From an uncultured Bdellovibrionales bacterium (GTDB lineage Bacteria; Patescibacteriota; Minisyncoccia; Moranbacterales; UBA1568): DNA of 64,000 nucleotides. Location: the NCBI GenBank assembly GCA_964543815.1, contig CAZIZG010000004.1:5438-69437 (forward strand), given 5' to 3'. This document shows, piece after piece, positions 19,491 through 29,662 of this stretch (position 1 is its first letter; the number at the start of each line of letters is the position of its first letter). Under the pieces are notes generated by a model. That model saw only the letters and a list, made by a program, of their open reading frames with translations. It had not been told where the DNA came from and ran no database searches. The translations under genes and the position numbers were made by a program.

Positions 19491-19643
19491 ATGGAGACGC
19501 TTGAGTCTCAGGAGAGTGGTTGCACAACCTGTGCCCACACTGCCAAGGTAGCTCGAGAAAGCGAAGAAGTGGCTCTCGCCTTTCTGCTCGCTCTCATGCC
19601 GGTGATTACCCTCACCTTCTTCGGACAAGTCGGTCTCTTGTAA
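19491..19643 (+). CDS. Unannotated 50-aa CxxC membrane miniprotein
   Basis: Strong RBS GGAGGAAG 5 nt before ATG. Sequence METLESQESGCTTCAHTAKVARESEEVALAFLLALMPVITLTFFGQVGLL, with a C-terminal TM helix. A clean terminator follows. It is below the 60-aa cutoff of the ORF track. Confidence 0.45.
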   Translation: METLESQESGCTTCAHTAKVARESEEVALAFLLALMPVITLTFFGQVGLL

Positions 19644-19654
19644 GACCGAGTCCC

Positions 19655-19687
19655 CCGCCCCCAGCCTCCGGCTGGGGGTCTTTTTTA
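19655..19687 (+). terminator. Rho-independent terminator after the miniprotein gene
   Basis: cccccagcc-tccg-gctggggg followed by TTTTTT. Confidence 0.6.
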
Positions 19688-19708
19688 TCTTCCTAAAAAT
19701 AAAGGGGG

Positions 19709-20197
19709 CTATCTTTGTAAAATCTTTACTGCCAATCTTTTTTCAAGCAAATACAAATACAGCGTAAAAAGTATGAGTCCTTCCTTCAAAATCATCAGGG
19801 GAAACCATCGTTCAGTACCTACTGGATCAAGCACCGCCCAGCCCAATAGAACACAGAGGGTATACATTACTTCCCAGAACCACTGAGGTGAGTTCGCCCT
19901 TTCGAAGGTATAAGCAAAATTAAAAACAAGCAAGGCTCCGTAGGCAAGCAGGAGAAACCACCAAATTTCCTCCGGTATAAACACCTCGGCCTCTTGATAA
20001 GTAACAGCGGCTACCTCATCTATTCGTGGTCCATCAATCTCTGATATCCGAAGGGGTGTTAAGCGAGACAACGATATATCTGAAGAAAAAAAGAAAAGTG
20101 ACGCCCCTTCAATTAAAAGAAGACTCACTAGTAACAAAACGACACGAAAGCGTGTTAATAGGTGTCTACAGGTTTCCATAGGAGTAAGTATGTTCAA
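19709..20197 (-). CDS. Hypothetical membrane protein, co-operonic with the sortase
   Basis: 162 aa with several TM helices. Overlaps the sortase gene by 4 bp. Confidence 0.4.
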   Translation of the reverse strand: MNILTPMETCRHLLTRFRVVLLLVSLLLIEGASLFFFSSDISLSRLTPLRISEIDGPRIDEVAAVTYQEAEVFIPEEIWWFLLLAYGALLVFNFAYTFERANSPQWFWEVMYTLCVLLGWAVLDPVGTERWFPLMILKEGLILFTLYLYLLEKRLAVKILQR

Positions 20198-20913
20198 TAA
20201 TTTTCATTCTGTGCGGCGATAACCAAGAGTCTTTCAAGAGTCGTACCGGCTGGATAGCACGTCATGAGAGTAAGTGTTCTGCTATTCCTATTCCCTGAAA
20301 GATATTCCACTTGCTCGGGCTTCACCCTTTTCTTTTCAATGACATGATACGCTATTCTCTTTTTCTGATAAAAAACAACTATTTCATCCCCCTGTTGCAG
20401 TTTATCAATCAGATAGAAGAGGGCATTGTAACGATTGGCCTGAAATGCATCGATGCCCGAATGAGCAAAGAAAAAAACGTTTCCGAAATCACCAGGGCTG
20501 GCTGTTCCCTTTGCTTGGGCCACCCCTAAAGTAAGCGCTTGTTGATACTCAGATGGGTTGCGCCAATCAACATCTGGAATTACTACTGCATTGGCACCAA
20601 TCTTAGGAATTACTATCCCAAATTCCTCACTGACGGGTATAAGTACCTGGGACGAGTCAAGCTTCCGATCTTGCCGTTCCGTCTCTGTCATAACTTTCTT
20701 CCCTTCCTGTGAAGGAAGCAACTGATACTTTGCTTCTTCTTTCAAGACGGGGAAAAAATGCAAAAAGAGCAGAAAAACAGACACTACCACAAGGGCAATG
20801 CCTGTTTTTTCGATCCAAAAGCCACTGATACATTCACTACTCTGACTGGACATGCTTGTTGTGATAAGCGTGATATCCGATATACCCGACAAGACCGATA
20901 ATAAAAATTCCAA
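20194..20913 (-). CDS. Sortase-family transpeptidase
   Basis: TLMTCYP (TLxTC catalytic Cys motif). N-terminal TM. Overlaps the 3' end of the giant LPXTG ORF. Confidence 0.7.
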   Translation of the reverse strand: MEFLLSVLSGISDITLITTSMSSQSSECISGFWIEKTGIALVVVSVFLLFLHFFPVLKEEAKYQLLPSQEGKKVMTETERQDRKLDSSQVLIPVSEEFGIVIPKIGANAVVIPDVDWRNPSEYQQALTLGVAQAKGTASPGDFGNVFFFAHSGIDAFQANRYNALFYLIDKLQQGDEIVVFYQKKRIAYHVIEKKRVKPEQVEYLSGNRNSRTLTLMTCYPAGTTLERLLVIAAQNENY

Positions 20914-23900
20914 AAAGCAATCGCCACGGACGCGCTTTTAGATTATCCTGCAAACTGTCACCTTCTCCAGGAGTCTCGGTCGTATCACCCAGAACTGATT
21001 TCTGATTCAAGATAGCGTCTTCATTATCCTTTCCAGACTCCTGAACAGTGGCTACTCCTTCCACTTGGCCCTCAATCACAGCTCTGTCCTGAGAAACAGG
21101 GATAGCTCCTGATGATGCAGAGGCCTCCTGAAGCGTCACCGTGGTTGTTTTTTTCTTAATTATCGTATGAGTATCAACATTAACATCTTTATCCCCCACA
21201 AAACCCGAATCATTCCCGTTGACGGCCACTGCTCGCATAGCATAATACGCGTCATTGCTGCACCCCGGAGCAACCTCAACAAAGCCACCGTTTGTATTAG
21301 AACCAATGATTTGCTCATCCACCTTGGTCGCTGCATCAGCAATAAACGTCGTTTCAAAGGAACGATAGAGTTCAACTTTTACTGTCTTGCCACCGTCATC
21401 GGCCGTTGTAAACGTAATAACATTTTGGCAAGAGGCATCACTCCGCTGATAATGAGAGGGGACACCTGGTAACAAAGAGGCCAGTGTCAACGAGACGTGA
21501 TTGCTTTCAGCGGTCTCATTACCAAAACCAGAAGCACGTACCTTTACGTAAAACTCATACAATCCATCAGTAGGCATCACACTACTATCAATCTGACAAT
21601 CACCCGAGTTTCCTCCAAAACTTGATGGCAGCACCATTGAAACAAAAGGTGATACATCGCTATTCTTGTAGCACTCCACGGTGAGAGGCCGTCCCAAAAC
21701 ATCAAGTGTCACGAAACCTATCTTCTGTGTAGCAGAATCCACTACCAATTTTGGAGTTTCAATTTTCACAGAAAGTCCGGCCGCCTGCACTGTATGTGGT
21801 GAAAGTATCACTATCCCCAACAAAATAAGAACTGGTGTCATCATTTTCTTTCGACGCGATACATAGACAAGCATCAACCCAATGACGATGCCTAATACTG
21901 ATAAAAGAGGTGTATTGATACTCGCTCCCGTCATTGGTAATATCGTCGTTGCCCCAAGTACGTATTGTGTCTTTTTCTGTGTTTTTTCTACCTGCTTGTT
22001 TTCGTTATCCTCCGGTATCACTACTATCTGCTTATTCGGAAGAACAACGTTGACCTCTGTCCCAACAAAGGGGTCAGCCACGCTATTTGCTAGGATTGTC
22101 TCGGTATCAGCACTCCCCCTCGCAAAAGCCAAATCCCGATAGAGGCCAGCGTCTTGAGCATCACTAATCTTTGTTTTGTAAGTAAGAGTCTTTGTTTCAC
22201 CAGCAACCATATCACCCAAATCCCAAATTCCTGGCGAAGCATACTCATGGAGGAACGGTGCCCCTTCACCACTGCCTGGTACATAGACAAATCCCTCCGG
22301 TGGCAGATCTGTTACCGTCACATTGTCTACTGCTCCCTCCAAGGCTGTCACCTCAAGGGTATACGCCACTTCATTACCAGGAACCTCATCCCCAATACTA
22401 TTATTGAACTTACGGAGCTGCAGTCGTGGTACCCGCTCCTTCTCTCTTTTGACATTCCAGGCCACACAATAATACGTTGATGCATTTTCCGAGGCATCCA
22501 TGAAGTCATAGTTATCATAATTCACTACGTCTTTATGACAGTAGAATTCAGCAGAGACATCATCGCTATTGGGATCTTCCGAATTTTTACCGTAGGTAAA
22601 CGGGATATACTGATCACTCCAAATCTCCCGGACCCAAAGAAGCGGCGAACTCTTCAGATCAACATCAACACTCGCTTCACCACTCACACCAGTAGGTCCA
22701 AAGGTATGCCAGTCAGGACTGGCTGACTCACCGGTGTTATCACCAGGATTATCATTACTATAGTAAGCCCACTGAAATCGCCAATCCTCCTCAAAGCGGC
22801 ATCCTTCATGAGTATTTACCCAATCAGTAGCCGTTATTGCTGTCATATCCGGACCACCCAAGCCGTAGTTAGGTAAATCACTCTCGCTCTCACAAACAAT
22901 CTTGGTAGCTACAATGTGAGCAACCTGCTGATTCTTAAAAGTACACGTTACGGTTTCACCTGGGTTCAAATCAATGGCATTAGGCTTACTTCCATCACTA
23001 CAAAAAGCGCTTTCGAGCCTCCAGCCAGTCATCGGTAATTCCGTCACCGAGTACGTACCGGAGGTAAGGCTCCCCCTACTGTATTCTTCACCATCAGTCA
23101 GGGAAAATCCTCCTTCAGAGAAGTTCGTGCTAAAAGAAAATATCTGGTCACTCCCTGCCGGATCTGTTTGCTTTTTAACTATAATCTTCGCAGGCTTTTC
23201 AACATTCCACGCCACACAGTAATACGTTCCACCAGCAACCGGCCGATCAATCCAGTCCCAATTATCATAATTCACCACGTCTTTATGACAGTAGAATTCG
23301 GCCGTGACATTATCATTATTCGGTTCTTCCGGATTCTTACCATAAGTAAACGGGATGTAGTTTTCATCCCAGACTTCACGTAACCAGACTGGTCGCGTTG
23401 CATCACCCTCGAAACCAGCCAATGGCACAATGGTAGTACCACTGAAGACATGCCAATCGCCACTAGTCACACCCGTATTATCTCCAGGATTGGGTACGCC
23501 ATCATAACTCCACTCAAATTGCCAATCACGCTTTATATGGCAACCAGGGTGGGTCGCCACCCATAAACTCGCTGTTACTGCTGTCATATCCGGACCACCC
23601 AAGCCGTAGTTAGGTAAATCACTCTCGCTCTCACAAACAATCTTGGTAGCTACAATTTCAATCGGAGCATCATCATTGGTTATAACACAATAAGCATCAC
23701 CACCAGCCTGAAGCTGGCCTTCACAGCCCTTACTATAACTGGTTTCATATCCAAGAGCTGGCTCCTCTGTCACTCCGTACGATCCTGGCAATAAGACAAG
23801 ATCGCTAGTACCATCACTATCAAAAGCTGCAGCCTCTCCCTCATTCAACACATAAGAAAAGTCTTCTGGACGACCAGTGCCGCCATCATCATTTATCACT

Positions 23901-26110
23901 ACTTTAGTAATATGAAGCGTTCCTGGATTTGCAACAAGATGACAATCTTGAGAACAGGAGTATTGTCCACCCTCTACTCCCCCGTCACACTCCTCACTCT
24001 CTTGGTTCACCATATTATCCCCACAGTAAGGATCAGCTACTATTTTTGTATTGGTATAAGTACAAGTAATATTTTCTCCTGGCATTAGAGTAATATCCGC
24101 TGTAGCATTCGCTGGCATATCAAGAGAAACATTCGATGCAACACAGTTCATGTCCGAAAGTTCCCAGCCAGAAACCGCATTTTCCGTAAAGGAATACTGT
24201 CCCGGCAAGAGTGAGGAGAAACTTACGGTATTAGAAAGTCCATTTTCATTATCACCATCATCATCAAGCACAAAACTACTTATTTCAGTTCCTGTTGTTG
24301 TGAAAGAAAAATCCTGTACATCATTAGGTACGGCATTTTTCACAATAGTAATCGAGCCTCTCTTTACAGCATTACTGAAGGTGCAAACCGTAGCGCTATC
24401 AGCCACTACCCGTACCAAAGCCCCCGCTCCCTCTGGCAATAGAGTACAATTCGCCCCAGAAACCTCGGCGATGCTATACGATGCCAGACCAATTTCTGTG
24501 ATAGTGTGCTGCCCAGTCGGAACCGCACCAAAGTCTACTAACCCATTCGTATCAGCTGTAATAGGCGCATTGTTATCCAGCTGAAAACTCCATGCTGAGA
24601 GTGAGGAACCATCATCAACTATTTTCACTACTTTTAAACTTCCTGTCGCCACGCAGTTGTTATTCCACACAGCCTGACCGCCCGCATCCCAATTTTGACC
24701 AGGATAGTGAGTCTCCCCTACCACAAAGGCCGGGATAATATCCGCGCTATGCTCGGTAGCATGAGCACTACCCATCACTGAATCATCATCTACCTGTATC
24801 GATTCATAACCATTGGCAGCAGTATCCGGCGGAGTAGCATGACAAATAGTAATCGGCACGTGTTGTACCACCGGAGTAGCCACTACCTCAAAGGCATCAG
24901 AGAAAGTAGTAGGCCCGGTACAGCCAGAGGTACCGTATTCTTTCAGCTCCGCTGCCCAATGGGTAGAAACCGTGGCACTTCCTGGTAGAACATAAGTGGC
25001 TGAATATGTTGTCACTCCATCGCCTGGATTGAAACAACTGCTATTAGGAATAGAAAATGAGCTTCCTACTGGAGGATTAATAAAAATTTTATAAAACTTA
25101 CTATCATTGAGACCAGTCGCCTTTACGTAGACTGTATCTCCTGGCATATAGCTACTTTTATCAACAGAAAATGCCACATCGCCATACGTAGCCACAAACA
25201 AGGTAAAGTGATCCAGGTTTACACTTACCGCTGTATCATTTTTCTCTATATATCTATCAGAAACAGTGGCTGCGTGTTCAATATCAGTGGCATCTTCAGT
25301 ATATTTTACTCGAACATCCTTTTTTTCGCCTTTTGGAATAGGGAGAGTAAGCGTATAGGCAAACGTCCCATTCTCCATAGAAGAAGTGACTTCATAGGCC
25401 GTATGAGAAAACGCTCCAAGGAGAGCCACTTGTTCATCCGACAGTGTCACTGTTTCAATAGAGAGGGTTCCTGAATCATCTGGCAACTTAGTAAAAACTA
25501 CCGTTACTCCGTCATTTTGCGGAGCTACATACTTTTCATTGAGAATAACCTTATGCCTTGTTGTGGCTTTTTTTCCGTTCTGTTCCCAGATGGAGATGGA
25601 ATCGTCCTTCATTTTTATTGAGGGCCCCTCCTGTTCTGTTGTTTCAACCACACTCTCAGTTTTTGTGGCTGAAAAATCCGTCAGGGGCACTGGTTCGGCT
25701 GAGACCTGGTCAGTCTCATTCGATACTGACTCCTCTCCCGCCTCTTCAGCCAACTCTCCTCCCAACACTAAAGCAGCTGACGCCATTCCATCGGAATCAT
25801 TTAGCGAAGGCTCTGAAGTAACCACTTCGGTAGCGGAATGTTCGTCATTCTTTTTTATCTCTGTTTCTTTCTCAGTTTCATTTTTTTCAGAATCCAATTC
25901 TGTTCCTTGCTTGTCATCTGAAACTGCCATTACCTCTGATACTACCTCTTCATCAGCCGCCACCGCCACACTCTTACTCAAGGAAAAAGTTCCTGAAACA
26001 CCTGCCACACTTATCGGTTGTAACACCAGGGCGAATATTACCCCTAAATTTAATCCCCTCTCCAAAAGAACGCGTGCTCCTCGTTTCATACCTTTTCGGA
26101 ATATCCGCAT
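20837..26110 (-). CDS. Giant cell-surface protein with an internal canonical LPXTG sorting signal and a tandem-duplicated ~247-aa domain
   Basis: 1757 aa with an N-terminal signal/TM. At about nt 21850-21950 it reads LPMTGAS + hydrophobic stretch + SRRKK. This is followed in frame by MMTPVLILLGIVILSPHTVQAAG (signal-peptide-like), a ~330-aa domain and a C-terminal TM. Confidence 0.7.
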   Translation of the reverse strand: MRIFRKGMKRGARVLLERGLNLGVIFALVLQPISVAGVSGTFSLSKSVAVAADEEVVSEVMAVSDDKQGTELDSEKNETEKETEIKKNDEHSATEVVTSEPSLNDSDGMASAALVLGGELAEEAGEESVSNETDQVSAEPVPLTDFSATKTESVVETTEQEGPSIKMKDDSISIWEQNGKKATTRHKVILNEKYVAPQNDGVTVVFTKLPDDSGTLSIETVTLSDEQVALLGAFSHTAYEVTSSMENGTFAYTLTLPIPKGEKKDVRVKYTEDATDIEHAATVSDRYIEKNDTAVSVNLDHFTLFVATYGDVAFSVDKSSYMPGDTVYVKATGLNDSKFYKIFINPPVGSSFSIPNSSCFNPGDGVTTYSATYVLPGSATVSTHWAAELKEYGTSGCTGPTTFSDAFEVVATPVVQHVPITICHATPPDTAANGYESIQVDDDSVMGSAHATEHSADIIPAFVVGETHYPGQNWDAGGQAVWNNNCVATGSLKVVKIVDDGSSLSAWSFQLDNNAPITADTNGLVDFGAVPTGQHTITEIGLASYSIAEVSGANCTLLPEGAGALVRVVADSATVCTFSNAVKRGSITIVKNAVPNDVQDFSFTTTGTEISSFVLDDDGDNENGLSNTVSFSSLLPGQYSFTENAVSGWELSDMNCVASNVSLDMPANATADITLMPGENITCTYTNTKIVADPYCGDNMVNQESEECDGGVEGGQYSCSQDCHLVANPGTLHITKVVINDDGGTGRPEDFSYVLNEGEAAAFDSDGTSDLVLLPGSYGVTEEPALGYETSYSKGCEGQLQAGGDAYCVITNDDAPIEIVATKIVCESESDLPNYGLGGPDMTAVTASLWVATHPGCHIKRDWQFEWSYDGVPNPGDNTGVTSGDWHVFSGTTIVPLAGFEGDATRPVWLREVWDENYIPFTYGKNPEEPNNDNVTAEFYCHKDVVNYDNWDWIDRPVAGGTYYCVAWNVEKPAKIIVKKQTDPAGSDQIFSFSTNFSEGGFSLTDGEEYSRGSLTSGTYSVTELPMTGWRLESAFCSDGSKPNAIDLNPGETVTCTFKNQQVAHIVATKIVCESESDLPNYGLGGPDMTAITATDWVNTHEGCRFEEDWRFQWAYYSNDNPGDNTGESASPDWHTFGPTGVSGEASVDVDLKSSPLLWVREIWSDQYIPFTYGKNSEDPNSDDVSAEFYCHKDVVNYDNYDFMDASENASTYYCVAWNVKREKERVPRLQLRKFNNSIGDEVPGNEVAYTLEVTALEGAVDNVTVTDLPPEGFVYVPGSGEGAPFLHEYASPGIWDLGDMVAGETKTLTYKTKISDAQDAGLYRDLAFARGSADTETILANSVADPFVGTEVNVVLPNKQIVVIPEDNENKQVEKTQKKTQYVLGATTILPMTGASINTPLLSVLGIVIGLMLVYVSRRKKMMTPVLILLGIVILSPHTVQAAGLSVKIETPKLVVDSATQKIGFVTLDVLGRPLTVECYKNSDVSPFVSMVLPSSFGGNSGDCQIDSSVMPTDGLYEFYVKVRASGFGNETAESNHVSLTLASLLPGVPSHYQRSDASCQNVITFTTADDGGKTVKVELYRSFETTFIADAATKVDEQIIGSNTNGGFVEVAPGCSNDAYYAMRAVAVNGNDSGFVGDKDVNVDTHTIIKKKTTTVTLQEASASSGAIPVSQDRAVIEGQVEGVATVQESGKDNEDAILNQKSVLGDTTETPGEGDSLQDNLKARPWRLLFGIFIIGLVGYIGYHAYHNKHVQSE
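22180..23660. repeat. Tandem duplication (2 x ~741 bp) inside the giant surface-protein gene
   Basis: A 74-bp identical block occurs at 22842-22915 and 23583-23656. The protein repeats begin HIVATKIVCESESDLPNYGLGGPDMTA. Confidence 0.7.
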
Positions 26111-26326
26111 ACATGTTTACTAAAAATAAAGCGACAGGGCGGCATATTTTAAAAAATAATTTCTACACCAGCCATGAATGAGAAAGTAAAGTACTTTGTG
26201 AGCAGCTTTCATATCAGACTATTCCCCAGACTTTCTTCTGTCAAGTTATTTTTTCAACATATTTTTTAAACAATGTCAACAATAAGAAAAGCCACCCTTG
26301 GCGAGGGTGGCTTTATTTCCTGAACA

Positions 26327-28114
26327 CTACTTTTTTCTTCCAGCTTTCGTACGATCAGTCTCTGTTAACAACTGTTTACGCAAACGCACGGAGAGCGGTG
26401 TCACTTCAAGATATTCATCCACAAGCATAATCTCGAGTCCTCGCTCAATAGTCAACTCAATTGGTGGCACCAATTTGATAGCCTCATCGGCTCCTGAGGA
26501 CCGCATATTGCTCATGGCCTTACCTTTGATAGGATTCACTGCCATATCAGTACCCTTTGTTACATTTCCCACTACCATACCCTCGTAAACCTCGGTAGAA
26601 GGTGCGATATAGAGTAAACCTCGTTCCTGAAGGTTATTCAGAGAAAAAGCCAGGGCCTTGCCAGTTGCCATAGAAACCATGGAGCCCTCATCACGTTTCT
26701 TGATATCCCCAGCATACGGACGGAACCCAAGAACCCGAGAATAGAGTGTCCCCTCTCCTCTGGTATCAACCATAAATTCACCTCTATATCCAAGAAGTCC
26801 TCGGGTTGGCACTTCAAAAATAAGTCGGGTGTATCCACCTGAGCCCTCCTTCATTTCCATCATGATGCCCTTGCGCTTACCCATTTTCTCAATAACAGTG
26901 CCCGATACTTCCATAGGGCACTCAACCGTCACTTCTTCAAATGGCTCAGATTTGATACCTTCCACATCTTTAATAATAACTTGGGGTTGCGACACTTGCA
27001 CCTCATACCCCTCACGTCGCATATTTTCAAGTAAAATCGCTATGTGAAGCTCCCCCCGACCATACACTTTGTACGAACCATCAAAGAAATCAATTTTTAA
27101 TCCAACATTTATTTCCAACTCCTTTTCCAATCGCTCTCGGAGTTGTTTGTTGGTGACATATTTTCCTTCACGACCAGCAAAAGGTGAGTCATTCACCAAA
27201 AAATTAAGAGAAATAGTTGGCTCATCAATAGCAATCGCCGGCAAAAGCTCCTCGTCAACGAGAGTGCTGATAGTGTCACCAATTTCAATCGTTGGTAATC
27301 CAGCAATCATCGCAATATCTCCTGCCTGCACCTCTTCTGTCTCGACACGCTCCAAACCACGAAAAGTGAACAGCTTTACAATCCGACCCGTTTCGTTTTT
27401 CCCGGCACTGTTACGAATAAACACCGAATCATTGACTCGCAATTTCCCCTGATAGAGACGAGCCACGGCCAACCGACCAACAAAGTTATCATACCCGAGG
27501 TTAAACGGCTGAGCTCGCAAGGATAAATCAGTATTATGAAGTGCTGCCGGCACCCTCTCAAGGATAGTATCCAAAAGCGGCGACAAATCCTTTCCTTCAT
27601 CGGTCAGAGAAAGCTTGGCCACACCCTGCCGAGCAATAGCGTAAACCACCTTGAAATTCAACTGCTCATCACTTGCTCCCAAATCAAGAAAGAGTTCAAA
27701 TACCATTTCTTCAACAATTTCAGGACGAGCGGCTGGTTTATCAATTTTATTCAGTACCACAATTGGCTTCAGACCCAATTCGAGTGATTTCTTCAAAACA
27801 AAGCGGGTCTGCGGCATCGGTCCTTCCTGAGCATCTACCACCAAGACGACGCTATCAATTGAACGAAGAACTCGCTCTACTTCCGAACCAAAATCCGCGT
27901 GGCCAGGAGTATCAACGATGTTAATCTTCGTGTCTTTATAAAAAAGAGCGGCATTTTTGGCGTAAATAGTAATCCCTCGCTCTTGCTCCAGGGCGTTAGA
28001 ATCCATGGAAACGTTTTCTGCCGTCACCATACCTGTCTGACGCATCAAAGCATCAGTCAGTGTTGTTTTACCATGATCAACGTGAGCAATAATAGCAATA
28101 TTTCTAATTTCCAT
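26327..28114 (-). CDS. bipA: Translational GTPase BipA/TypA
   Basis: [28 protein letters not shown] ... DTPGHADF. 595 aa. Confidence 0.95.
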   Translation of the reverse strand: MEIRNIAIIAHVDHGKTTLTDALMRQTGMVTAENVSMDSNALEQERGITIYAKNAALFYKDTKINIVDTPGHADFGSEVERVLRSIDSVVLVVDAQEGPMPQTRFVLKKSLELGLKPIVVLNKIDKPAARPEIVEEMVFELFLDLGASDEQLNFKVVYAIARQGVAKLSLTDEGKDLSPLLDTILERVPAALHNTDLSLRAQPFNLGYDNFVGRLAVARLYQGKLRVNDSVFIRNSAGKNETGRIVKLFTFRGLERVETEEVQAGDIAMIAGLPTIEIGDTISTLVDEELLPAIAIDEPTISLNFLVNDSPFAGREGKYVTNKQLRERLEKELEINVGLKIDFFDGSYKVYGRGELHIAILLENMRREGYEVQVSQPQVIIKDVEGIKSEPFEEVTVECPMEVSGTVIEKMGKRKGIMMEMKEGSGGYTRLIFEVPTRGLLGYRGEFMVDTRGEGTLYSRVLGFRPYAGDIKKRDEGSMVSMATGKALAFSLNNLQERGLLYIAPSTEVYEGMVVGNVTKGTDMAVNPIKGKAMSNMRSSGADEAIKLVPPIELTIERGLEIMLVDEYLEVTPLSVRLRKQLLTETDRTKAGRKK

Positions 28115-28270
28115 AGCTTCTCTACAAAGATTGAATTACCTGAACTAAGGGAATCGAAAAAAGGCGCATCACGCCTTTTCCTTACCTAAACATCAGACAT
28201 GATTATACCTGAAACCTTCGTTTTTGACAAGTCGGATAAGTACCACCTCATCTAAGATGGATTCCCGCCT

Positions 28271-29653
28271 CTACCGACCGAGAAGATTCGTGCGATTGGC
28301 TCCAACTGTCAGTGCCTCTCGAACGTTCTTTTCTCCCCGGACAACACTATCTATCATATCAATAAATATGCCGTCCAAAGCCTCCGGATTGCCCTGATAC
28401 CAGTTTTTAGCAATAAGGTTACCGTAAGCAAAGGGGGCAAGCGTCACGTCATTCTGCTCTGCTGCAATCAAATCACGTCGAGCCGCTGGCTTATGCGTTA
28501 TGTCGAGATACTCCTTGGTTGGATCAGTTAATAATGGGAACTCCTTACTGGTACCAGAAAGTCCATTAATAAGAGTGACCGTCTTCTTTTGTCCATGAAG
28601 CGTGAGAAACTTGAGGAACTGCCAAGACTCAAACACTCGCAAATAATTCTGCTTCTCCGGGTTCGTTGGAGTACTCTGTGGCGTCTTATCCTTTGAAACA
28701 GCATACCCCCAGTAATTGGCTAAATTCACTGGAGCCTCCCTGTTAAACTGAGGCAACAACGCTACTCCAATATTCAGTTTGGCGTTCTTCTGTTTAATTG
28801 TTTCGTACTGCCAAGAGTAATTAACCATCATGGCGGCCGTTCCTTCATAAAACGCATCGATGGAATAATGCTGTCTTGCATTCCAGGTATACACTGGAGA
28901 TCCGATACGTGAAAATTGAGTATAGAACTCAAAAGCCTGCTGACTAGACTGGTCACCGAAATTTACCCGATCAGTCCCTGAGTCTTTCATCTGAGACCCC
29001 ATTTGCAGCATAAGCACTGTCAAAATATCAGAAGAACGATTGATATTTGTTCCTGTACCAAGGGCAATACCAGAACGGGTAATATTTCCGAATTGATCAA
29101 TAACGGTCAATCGCTTAACGTCATCAGCTACTTCCTCCCAGGTTTCTGGAGCCCGAGAAATACCCGCTGCATTAAACAGGTCCTTGTTATAATACAAGGC
29201 TAGGGAATCAACTGACGCTGGAATACCATAAATCTTGTTGTCAGTACCTATAAAATCAGTTGCGGCGACATCAGGCAACGCTCCTCGATATTCGCGCTCT
29301 GTAAGTAATACTTCTGGAGCCGGAGCGGTTTTATCCTCAAAGGGCGCTCGCCATGAATTACGAATCATGAAAATATCTGGCCCTTTGCCCGATGCGAACG
29401 CATTAATTAAATCCTCTTTGTATGTCTCTGGGGAAAGCTTTCGGTACTGAATATCCTTTACGTATGGGTTAATCTTTCGGTAGGCAGAAATAGCATTAGC
29501 GTAGGCGTCACTATCATCAAAAACACCCCAAATTTCCAGGGAAACCTGATACCCCTCTGGGGCCGAGCTTTTAAAGCCACAACCAGAGAGTCCTAAACCA
29601 CCCAAAAAAACAAACATCAGTAACCCTACTCGTTTAATCCACAAAGTCGACAT
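28271..29653 (-). CDS. Extracellular solute-binding protein (ABC family-1 type), lipoprotein, orphan
   Basis: LSGCGF lipobox. Family-1 SBP-like sequence. No cognate permease or ATPase adjacent. Confidence 0.55.
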   Translation of the reverse strand: MSTLWIKRVGLLMFVFLGGLGLSGCGFKSSAPEGYQVSLEIWGVFDDSDAYANAISAYRKINPYVKDIQYRKLSPETYKEDLINAFASGKGPDIFMIRNSWRAPFEDKTAPAPEVLLTEREYRGALPDVAATDFIGTDNKIYGIPASVDSLALYYNKDLFNAAGISRAPETWEEVADDVKRLTVIDQFGNITRSGIALGTGTNINRSSDILTVLMLQMGSQMKDSGTDRVNFGDQSSQQAFEFYTQFSRIGSPVYTWNARQHYSIDAFYEGTAAMMVNYSWQYETIKQKNAKLNIGVALLPQFNREAPVNLANYWGYAVSKDKTPQSTPTNPEKQNYLRVFESWQFLKFLTLHGQKKTVTLINGLSGTSKEFPLLTDPTKEYLDITHKPAARRDLIAAEQNDVTLAPFAYGNLIAKNWYQGNPEALDGIFIDMIDSVVRGEKNVREALTVGANRTNLLGR

Positions 29654-29662
29654 AATCAGGTA

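Noticed and set aside
25539-26123. 194-aa plus-strand ORF overlapping the 5' end of the giant surface-protein gene
   Set aside because: Low-complexity, Ser/Thr-rich translation antisense to a long ORF with a signal peptide. No RBS.
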